From assembly GCA_950097015.1 (NCBI GenBank), contig CATNEN010000007.1, positions 3,224,001 through 3,288,000 on the forward strand: a DNA stretch of 64,000 nucleotides. The letters are read 5' to 3'. Below, one piece after another: positions 50,961-61,194 of this stretch (positions are counted from its first letter, which is position 1; each line of letters opens with the position of its first letter). The stretch is from Macrostomum hystrix (taxonomy: Eukaryota > Animalia > Platyhelminthes). A program made the translations under genes and the position numbers. Under the pieces are notes generated by a model, which saw only the letters and a list, made by a program, of their open reading frames with translations, ran no database searches and was not told the DNA's origin.

Positions 50961-50988
50961 GACCCGCGAAGCGGGTCTCAATGGCTAG
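50961..50988 (+). other. Helitron 3' terminal hairpin and CTAG end
   Basis: 7-bp GC-rich stem with GAA loop, 7 nt upstream of CTAG; canonical Helitron terminus. Confidence 0.92.
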
Positions 50989-51744
50989 TACCCACCTCTA
51001 AATGTGGTACTCTAAATGCCTACCTATAAAGGCGCAAAACTGGACAAATCTCTTAAGAAGCAATCGCACAAAAAGGATTCCCTAAATGCAAAGTTACGTC
51101 TCGCAAAGCAAAGATCACTAATCATTATACAAGTTGTACTTGTGTCAAGCTCCGTTTGTATTTTATGAAGCCGTTTCACTGCTATTTGCACTTTAAGCGT
51201 ACTGTAAGTTGCATCGCGCTATTCGCTCCTAATACCTTACTGGCATAAGGAATTTTCTGCTAGAACCAATGAAAGCATATCATTACAAGGCACAAGCAAT
51301 AAAGCAGTTTGGCTGAGTAAACTACTATAAGTAGTTTATAAGCTCGTACCCAAACCGTTTATTTGTTAGTTGTTAGTCGGAAATGGCGTAAAAAATATTT
51401 GGTTTCTTTGAATTCTACATGTCATTTCTAAGAAAAGTATAAAAATCTACTTATGTTTCTACTGAGTCAAGGGCTCAGTGTTTCTCTATACCCCTATAGC
51501 CTTGTCTTCAATTTAATGTGGCCCAGTCACTTATTCAAGCTCATCTTAGGACTCTGGTGTGAGAGTCGGACACGCCACCGACTATAAACGTTATTCAGGT
51601 AAGTCAGGATCTTTGAATACTGTCGGTATTAATGTGGATTTTTCCTTGGCAAGGCTTCAATTTCTAACATCGGAAGTCCGTGCTGGCAACAGCTGATGGC
51701 TGTTAAATGTGGGAGATATAGGGAAAAAACGTCTACAGATGGGA

Positions 51745-52464
51745 TCACAAAAGTTTGCAACTGCTCGCCTCCCCACCGCTGCCGCCGACACCAAATCCTG
51801 CGAAACGTGACGACGGTGTGGGCGGCGGCGCCGGCTGTTTGAGCGCCGCGGCAGCCGTGACCCTCAGCAGGTGGCGGAGTCCGCGCCCGGTCCTCGCCGA
51901 CGTCTCGACGTAGCCGACTGCGCCGGCTCCTTCGGCTAGTTCAACTCCGCGCTTCGAATCAATTGGCCGACGATGGCGATGATCGCACCGCTGTCGGAGC
52001 TTCAGCAGGGCCTCTGCGTCGGTGCGCAGGTCGGCCATTGTGCCGACTAGGATCAGCGGAATGCCGTGCTCGCAAGAGGCTGCCACAAGCTCCGGCAGCC
52101 AGATGTTCTCTAAGCTGGCCAGGCTGTCGGGCCGCATCACGGAGAAGCAGAGCCACAGCGCGTGGGCACCGCTGTAGGAGGCAGCTCGAACTCTGTCGTG
52201 GCCCTCCTGGCCGCTGGTGTCAACCAAGTGCAGCTCCACCGACTGCGGCACCTCGCCGATGTCCTCGGAGTCAGCCGGCGGCGGCACCGGCACAACGAAG
52301 TCGTCGCAGCAGACGGCGAAAGAGGCAACAGCTGCGGCGGCCTGGTTGGCGGCGGCCGTTGTCGGGCCGTCTCGAAGGCTAATGAGCAGCGACGTCTTGC
52401 AGGAGTCGATGTCGCCGACTGCGACACATTTCAAACGCAGCGGCGGCAGGGGCTGCGGCTGCAT
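51745..52464 (-). CDS. Atypical Rho-family small GTPase, intronless, CAAX box CKLL
   Basis: LKCVAVGD, LVDTSGQEGHDRVR..SY, LCFSV..PDSL, WLPEL, PLILVGT.ADLR, YVETSA. P-loop, switch I and G4 are degenerate. Confidence 0.85.
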   Translation of the reverse strand: MQPQPLPPLRLKCVAVGDIDSCKTSLLISLRDGPTTAAANQAAAAVASFAVCCDDFVVPVPPPADSEDIGEVPQSVELHLVDTSGQEGHDRVRAASYSGAHALWLCFSVMRPDSLASLENIWLPELVAASCEHGIPLILVGTMADLRTDAEALLKLRQRCDHRHRRPIDSKRGVELAEGAGAVGYVETSARTGRGLRHLLRVTAAAALKQPAPPPTPSSRFAGFGVGGSGGEASSCKLL

Positions 52465-52894
52465 TCTGACACAGTAGACCGCGATTACAATGAACCCTTG
52501 GTGCTGGTATCGACACTGCCCATTGTATAGATAGGGATGGTATCTGTTAGTTAGAGCTAATCCTGATAAGCACTAGGCCAGCCAGCAGCCGCATCAGCTG
52601 ACTGACTGGCCAGGCTGCAGGGGGAGGCTTTTGATGGGATCCGGTCCGTGCAGAACATTTCGGGTTCATTTTCCTACCACTGCCAGTGTACTGGCGCTGT
52701 GACTGCACAGTTGGCAATTGGGGTGGGGGAGCTGGGACAAACTTGATTTTTTCTGCCTGTTTAGCTCGATTGGGCCGGCTGCTGATAGTTGCCGGGTGCG
52801 GCCTTCACAGCAGGAAGAGCCATGCAGTACACAGAAATGGCTAGCAATGCACTGGACCAGACTCTAGTCCGATTTCGGTTGGAAGGGTCATGTA

Positions 52895-53403
52895 TTGGAC
52901 AGGAAAGGGTTGATCTGTTAGACAGGAAGGGAGGATCTGTTAGACGGGAAGGGATGATCTGTTAGACGGGAAGGGATGATCTGTTAGACAGGAAGGGATG
53001 ATCTGTTAGACAGGAAGGGATGATCTGTTAGACAGGAAGGGATGATCTGTTAGACAGGAAGGGATGATCTGTTAGACAGGAAGGGATGATCTGTTAGACG
53101 GGATGGGATGATCTGTTAGACGGGAAGGGATGATCTGTTAGACGGGAAGGGATGATCTGTTAGACAGGAAGGGATGATCTGTTAGACAGGAAGAGATGAT
53201 CTGTTAGACGGGAAGGGATGATCTGTTAGACAGGAAGGGATGATCTGTTAGACAGGAAGGGATGATCTGTTAGACAGGAAGGGATGATCTGTTAGACAGG
53301 AAAGGATGATCTGTTAGACAGGAAGAGATGATCTGTTAGACGGGAAGGGATGATCTGTTAGACAGGAAGGGATGATCTGTTAGACAGGAAGGGATGATCT
53401 GTT
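52895..53403. repeat. 22-bp minisatellite (CTGTTAGACAGGAAGGGATGAT)
   Basis: About 23 visible copies. Confidence 0.97.
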
Positions 53404-55094
53404 AATTAAACTGTGCGCACTGGACACGTGGTAGGCTCATTTGGCGTCTCGACAAGAATGATTTCATTGTTGTTGGATTGTCAGCAGAAATCGCCTTCTC
53501 AATACTAGTCTCCATCACGTCTACGTACCGCACACCGTCATACTCTTTGATTTGCAGGTCTCTCTTGCTCAATCCACGCAAGCATTCACGTCTTCTAAAA
53601 CCGAAATGACGTCAGCTCGGCATCTATCAGTCTATGATGTGCAGCCGTCAAGCCGGACCATTGACTAATCGCTTGACCTAGTTCGCGACGTCCAAGGCGC
53701 GTCAAAAAATCTAGCTCATTAATATTTATAGTATTGAATCGTCCTCTAGTATTGAATCGTACTCCAACATGTCGACCTCGTTTCAACCTCGTTTTAACAC
53801 GCGTAGGCTGCAATAGTTGATGTGAACGCCTCGGCAGCAGGCTACTATCTATGCATTCTCCTCCGCAACGCGAGGTTCAACAAATCCAACAATATCTCTC
53901 GAATCGACAACAATAGGCCATGCTTCTAATTCACAGATTGTTATTGACCGCTTTTTTAAATAGTTCGCACACAGAAGCCGAATTGCAGAAACGCATTTTG
54001 TGCTCGCAGAAACAGACCAGTGCTGACTGAGCAAGTCGGCTCTCTCTGCTGCGGCTGAAATAGCCAAATATTTACACGGAAAAATCCAGCGAAAATACAA
54101 AATTGTTTTGCATCAGCTTCAACTTTTGAATGCAGACAGGTAGGGCAGGTGCGGCGATGCCAGCCTGCTGTATCTACCACAAAACTTCTCTTTCCACCAG
54201 GGTTTTCCACCTGTTATGCTTCCATCTAGCTCCACGTGAGTAAACAACGTTTCTTATTTATTTTGTTGCGTGGAAAAGTGGTGAAGTCATCGAGCATTCT
54301 CGCATAAATAGCCGACAAGACGAGTTTGTCTTATATTCAGATCCGGCAGAACCGAGCCAGTTGAGCGAGGCGCACCACAACAGATCCACAGAATTGAGGA
54401 GATCCTGAATAGCGGGTGAGTGGTGTTGGTCAGGCCTCAAGCATATCAGCATGTGCGTGATGTGAGTTGTGTACTCTCCAACACGGCCTGATTTGATTGG
54501 CTGGCCTGTGCCTTCTCGAGGTGCTCTCTGAAGGATCGTGCGATCCTCGAAATGCAGGTCAGCCTTGGTCCCATACCGAGCCCCAGAACAGCACCCCAGT
54601 CGACATTGCCCCCCACTCGTACGCCCGGACCTCCTCAGTAAGGCGGGCGTCCTCTGATGCCCCGTGCAGTGGGCGACAACCCCAGAAGCTATACAATTAA
54701 ATGGAAGCTGGGTATTCAAGGAACTCGACCCACTACTGGGCTCTGAATTTAGGCTTTAATGATTGGTATATTTCTACGCTACTTAGAGTATACTTTGGTG
54801 GGGTTTTGGCAATTACGAATCTCGTAGGGTCCCCTACCTCTTATCGTCGGGGGTCTGTTTCGTCCGACTGAGCCTTGTGGGTTGGCGCTCTCATAACCGA
54901 AGTAGGTTGCCTAGCAGCCACACAATGGCACAGATGGTATCTTCACGGCTCGAGTAGTACGTGCAGAATGAGTCTGGGATCTCATCACGGATATGAACTC
55001 ATCTCCTACCTGTGAGTTCCCGGTGCGATAAATCAGGAGAGTTGCCAGGTAATTTGCCACACACTGAATGCATCCTGAACAGGGACAGTTCGCC

Positions 55095-55493
55095 ATGCAG
55101 TCATCCAGCAAGTCGTTGCTGTTGAGAGCAACCGTTCTCACAACGACAGCCACACTCATCGTCCTGCTTTCCCTGTCACCTGTGTCCGTCATCGCGAAGG
55201 CCTGTTGCACCGGACCGGCAGGAGTGAACGGTCCCGTCTGCAACGGCATCTACATATTGGGCAATCGAGGATACACAGTCACCTACACTGTGACAGTGCA
55301 TGGCAAGGGTGGCACACTGGTCTGCTGCAAAGCCAAGGCCTGTAATAAAGGCGGCGGCTGCAACATGGTGAACATCGGCTGCGGACACAAGAAGATTGAA
55401 GCACGAGTGTCTTGGGAAGACAACGCTGCGATGAGTGCCATTCAGTGCAGGGGAACCCCGTGCGGTGCTGCTTTGAGCTTCAAGCCGTCATGA
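55095..55493 (+). CDS. Secreted cysteine-rich protein, 132 aa, 10 Cys in the mature part
   Basis: ATG at 55095; signal-peptide-like LLLRATVLTTTATLIVLLSLSPVSVIA; intronless; family not recognised. Confidence 0.75.
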   Translation: MQSSSKSLLLRATVLTTTATLIVLLSLSPVSVIAKACCTGPAGVNGPVCNGIYILGNRGYTVTYTVTVHGKGGTLVCCKAKACNKGGGCNMVNIGCGHKKIEARVSWEDNAAMSAIQCRGTPCGAALSFKPS

Positions 55494-56240
55494 AGCGGCA
55501 TCTGTTCGCGGACTAAGCCAAAGGTATACTAACTGTGAGAGATACAATTCAGACTACTGACAACAGTAGAAAAGCAAAGACTTGGCTGCAAAACTCTCAC
55601 ATAACACTAAAAAATATCGCCATAAAAATGGCAAGGTTAAAAGAGACTTCTGTGCACACTAAGAGTGGTGGGAGAGGACGGCGTGTGGCTATGGCTGACT
55701 GACGAAGGCAAACAAGCCAGAAACCGGTCTCGGTCTGCCAGCGCGAGGTTCGTTTCCCACTTTTAGTGTGTTACATTAACCTTTACTGGTTTTCACTGCC
55801 AAAATTCATTGTAAATATTTCGTAGCAAAGTCTATTGAGTTATCAAACTCGCTCTCTTTTTCTTCAAATTGTTTTTTTTGCCGAACTTTCGTTAATGAAG
55901 AACTTTACACGCTCGTATTACAAGCGCATTAGCAAGTCTGACTCCGAGAATTATTAAGCCGAAACTAACCTCATCAAAATAAACATGGTGAAGTGAATTT
56001 TTGGATCTTTCGAAAAGCTTTGATAGAATACATGTAGTTGCTCATGAAATCGGTCTTAGATCTCAGCTTGCAGAAGTACACATAATTTAAATAGGTTTTG
56101 TTACTTAAAATTATCACTGAGCCCATAGACTAAAAGTACTCACAGCATTCGCTAAGTTGCAATTTCTATATCGCCAGTTGAAAGCCGAAGTTTTTGCATC
56201 GTCCCAGCCTTCACGCTGCCAAACAGACTCGAATCAAGTC

Positions 56241-58806
56241 ATGGATAGCCAAGGTGGAAAGGATGTGCCCCTGCCCTATGTATACTTTACTAAGTCCAAC
56301 ATTTCCTGCGACCCGCTCGACCGCATGCGCGCCCATCGAGCCGGCAGTGCCGAAGACGCGTCTCTCGGCGGCCTCGGAGGCGGCCAACAGCTAAGAAGAA
56401 GAATGTCACCCGGACAGTCTAGTGTCCTTGCGGCAGCCAACGCCGCAGCCCCGACCGCCGCTGCCACCGCTGCGGCTGCGGATTCTTCGTCCGCGGTTGG
56501 TCGACCAGCGTCCAGCGGCGGCGAAACTGGCGCCATTGCGGAAGACGTCGATGCCGGCAAGTCGGCGGCATCGATCGGAGTGTCTGGGACGCCGGTCGCC
56601 GGGTCGGCCGCTGCCGGGGCTGCTAGCATGACCCTCGGGGCGGCTCAGCAGGCGCCCGGAGCTTCAGCCACGTCATCCAAGGGCGAGCGGCCGCCCATCA
56701 TGACACCGGATGAGCGGGCGTGGAACGACCGACTAATCAAGTCGTTTAGGATGCAGCGCTCCGTGGTGGACGCCATCGTGCTGTCACCCAGTGGGGTTGT
56801 CATCAGCACCCTGGGCCGGCGAATCGAGGGCCGCGTGAAGGACATGACTCCCGGACTGGAGATTGGTGGGCTCAACTTTTTTATTTCTGTTGCTGGTGCG
56901 ACTTACGCATTTTATGTAGCTTGGCTGATTTTAGTAAAGCATCCCCGACTGTTCTTACATCCTGGGTCGTTAAGCTTATTTTTTCACTTACTCTAGAGCA
57001 CACTCACACAGGTGTGTACATCCGCCCTGACTTTTTCATCGTCAGGAAGTGTACACACTCACTGTGTCTTGAAGGTTGGTCCTCAATCGTACAACAAATC
57101 TCTCCGCCGGCCTTCAAACTCTTTAAGCGCTCTGTCAGTCGGTTAGTTGTTAAAGTCACAAGAAAAACACGATTGACAAGACTTTTAACACGCTATAAAT
57201 TTACGTTAGGCATCTTCTGCCTGCTGCTCATCCTGAGCAACTTGTTGCTAGTGCTGTGGAGCATCTTCAGCGGATTCATCTACTTGCGCATCATTAAGCC
57301 TCTGAGCTATGAGTTCACCCAAGACTTTGAGAAGACTCTCGGCGGTATAAATATTACCAGGATTGAGTATAGTATCACAACTGCCATCTCACTATTTGTG
57401 GTACAATCGAAGATTACATTCTATGAGCAAAGGACTGATGCATTTGGATTTGTGGCAGCACTAGCCAACGACTCAAAACTGGAGCGCATCTGGCGCGGAC
57501 TAACAAACAACATTGTCTATATCATGACCGAGCTGCTGCGGGGTCGGCAGTCTCTGCACAGCCTTGATAAGGGGCATCTAGTTGGTGAGGTTGCACTGAG
57601 GGTCATCCAGTTGGTGAGGTTGCACTGAGGGTCATCCAGTTGGTGAGGTTGCACAGAGGTTCATCCAGTTGGTGAGGTTGCACTGAGGGTCATCCAGTTG
57701 GTGAGGTTGCACAGAGGGTCATCTAGTTGGTGAGGTTGCACTGAGGGTCATCTAGTTGGTGAGGTTGCACTGAGGGTCATCCAGTTGGTGAGGTTGCACT
57801 GAGGGTCATCCAGTTGGTGAGGTTGCACTGAGGGTCATACAGTTGGTGAGGTTGCACTGAGGGTCATCCAGTTGGTGAGGTTGCACTGAGGGTCATCCAG
57901 TTGGTGAGGTTGCACTGAGGGTCATCCAGTTGGTGAGGTTGCACTGAGGGTCATCCAGTTGGTGAGGTTGCACTGAGGGTCATCCAGTTGGTGAGGTTGC
58001 ACTGAGGGTCATCCAGTTGGTGAGGTTGCACTGAGGGTCATCCAGTTGGTGAGGTTGCACTGAGGGTCATCCAGTTGGTGAGGTTGCACTGAGGGTCATC
58101 CAGTTGGTGAGGTTGCACTGAGGGTCATCTAATTCATACGCTTGTCCCACCGGTGCACGGAGTTAGCACTGATTCCGCCAAACACAATGCCTTACTTACA
58201 GATGGCTACTCCTGTTGGAGCTTTTTCATGCAGAAGGGTAACCGCATTGACTCCGCGCCCGTGCCGCACTGCGCCCAGGAGTTCAACGCGCTCAGAGACG
58301 TGTGGGACAACCTGTACTACAGCTCTCTGTTGTACTTCGTGGCAATTTTGGTCCAGCTGTACGTCGCGGCGAAGGAGGTTTTGTTCAAGCGCATTGAAAA
58401 CTTTGTGGAGCCTCGCGACCGCAGCCTGTCGCCGGAGCAGATGCGGGCCCGCATCAACATCGGCCTGGAGGGCGTGGCGGCCTTGCAGCGAGTCTGCTTC
58501 TTCTCCAAGCTGGCGCTGGTGCTGCAGGCCCTGGTGATGCTGCTCTTTCACAGGATGCTCTTCGTTATCAAGAATGTCGAGTACAGTACCAGGCACATGG
58601 CCAATCAGCTGGAGAAGGCTGGCATGCCGATCACGAATGTGGACATCTGCTCACACCTCATCTTCTTCAGCATGGCCAGCACCTCTCTGCAGTGCATCAC
58701 CATCGTATGCTTCCACACGCTAGCAAAGTACTATTCGACCATCGCTGTCACCAAGGTGCCGCCCGTGAGGCTTGTGCCGTCCCAGGATGAGTCTTATGTT
58801 TATTGA
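56241..58806 (+). CDS. Hypothetical multi-pass (about 4 TM) membrane protein
   Basis: Phase-1/phase-1 consistent exons 56241-56865, 57210-57584, 58202-58806; four hydrophobic segments and a large loop after TM1. No family recognised. Confidence 0.7.
57005..57145 (-). mobile_element. SINE family A, copy 3 (intronic, diverged)
   Basis: GTGTACATCCGCCCTGACTTTTTCATCGTCAGGAAGTGTACAC is the reverse complement of the family A hairpin. Confidence 0.7.
57576..58130. repeat. 29-bp minisatellite built from an exon/intron junction, about 19 copies
   Basis: Unit CATCCAGTTG|GTGAGGTTGCACTGAGGGT contains the 5' splice donor. Confidence 0.96.
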
Positions 58807-59080
58807 GCAGTGTTATCCCAGGATCTGAGTACTGTCCTGTGTTTATTGAGCAGTGTTATCCCAGGATCTGAGTACTATTTTTATTGAGCAGTGTTATCCC
58901 AGGATCTGAGTACTGTGTTTATTGGGCATTGTTATCCCAGGATCTGAGTACTGTGTTTATTGAGCAGTGTTACCCCAGGATGAGTACTGTGTTTATTGAG
59001 CAGTGTTATCCCAGGATGAGTACTGTGTTTATTGAGCAGTGTTATCCTAGGATCTGAGTACTATGTTTTTGAGCAGTGTT
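58781..59080. repeat. About 36-43-bp tandem repeat overlapping the stop codon and 3' UTR of the 4-TM gene
   Basis: About 7 copies of TTGAGCAGTGTTATCCCAGGATCTGAGTACTGTGTTTA-like units. Confidence 0.9.
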
Positions 59081-59320
59081 CCTGCTATTTGAGCTCTATA
59101 ACTTGCGGCTGACCAGTTTTGTCCCATGATTTGAATTTAATGTTTTCTGAGTTACACACTATCCAATACCTATTAATCAAATGATAGTTATCTCAAGCCC
59201 TATCGGCACTGAAAGTATCCAACATTATCCAACATTGAAATATTATTCTAGAATTTTGCGAATTCGTAACAGTCATAAGAAATATTTTCTTAAAGACCGA
59301 ATGTTATATATTTAGTTTAG

Positions 59321-60102
<782 letters not shown>

Positions 60103-60589
60103 TAAACTACACTCCATGAAGGCCCAGACTTTAGTACAGAGTAAGACTTGAAAAATAGTACCGACTGCACTTTTAGTCGGAGTACAAATTTATTTGGATG
60201 CTAACGGTGACAGGTTTGTAAAGTGTATAACGAAGCAGTGCATTTACATAGCTTTCCAATCATACTTGTGAAGTGGCTATCGAGAAGCACTAAGCAGCGA
60301 GAATCAAAAAATAATCTGTCAGTGCCGGGAAAATCACCAGATTTACAATTGGCAGTGTGGCAGGGAAGCTTAGCTTTACATATTATCAACGGATGAAGCA
60401 ACTTTTGCATTGTCCCCACTGCTTCTTGAAAAACTTCGGTGGTCGCGAGTTCAAATCTGCGTCCATATAGACAAGCATATAATGAAAGGATATTGGCAAT
60501 GTTAATTAAACAGCTTCTGGTCATTATCGCTTTGTCTGCATAGAATTTTATAAAAAAGTTAATTTTGTTTAATATAACCATTTGATCAG

Positions 60590-60742
60590 GGGTGGCGGTT
60601 TGGCCTGGTCCCTGAGACGAATGTACATTCTGGGGTGGCGGGTTTGGCCTGGTCCGGGAGGAGTGTACATTCTGGGGTGGCGGGTTTGGCCCGGTCCGGG
60701 AGGAGTGTACATTCTGGGGTGGCGGGTTTGGCCTGGTCCGAG
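60590..60742. repeat. 42-bp unit x3 (GGGGTGGCGGGTTTGGCCTGGTCCGGGAGGAGTGTACATTCT)
   Basis: Directly visible. Confidence 0.88.
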
Positions 60743-61194
60743 GAAAGCTTGCAATTGCGATTGAAAATTGGGACTCGACTCGCAGATATTGTAGGGCGTC
60801 GGATATAGTAAACGTACAGAAATTTTTAATTAAAAAAATACTTTTGGTTAAAAAGCAGGACAGCTTGAAATAAAAATTGGACGTCCTAAATTTTGGCACG
60901 AAATTTTCGTTTGCCAAAATAAGCTAAAAATACCCTTCTAAATACACCATTGCTTCGATTAAAATTCCAGCAATGACACAAAAGGTATTTAAAAACTGGG
61001 CCAGGCAAAGTAAAAAAAGCATTTAAAGCTTAAAATATTGTCGGGATTAGCACAACGCAAATTTAGTGAAAAAGGCACAAGCACGCACAATATTCTACTT
61101 GAATAGTAATTAGCGGGTGAAACTGCAAATGAATCTCTTCAGATTGGAAGCTTTGGATTTGAATCCCTGGCAGACAGTACAGTACATAATGTAC

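Larger units (their letters stand above)
36482..50988 (+). mobile_element. Full-length, apparently autonomous Helitron (14,507 bp)
   Basis: Starts A|TC at 36482 and ends with hairpin GACCCGC-GAA-GCGGGTC (50961-50977) then CTAG|T (50985-50988). Joining the flanks restores the 14-bp satellite period. Encodes RepHel and an RPA-like protein. Confidence 0.92.

Noticed and set aside
54840-54910. GGACGAAAC on the minus strand suggesting a hammerhead
   Set aside because: No correctly placed CTGANGA or matching stem II was found.
60201-60917. 238-aa minus-strand ORF
   Set aside because: It runs through the 42-bp repeat and AT-rich sequence, with no recognisable domain or coding bias.
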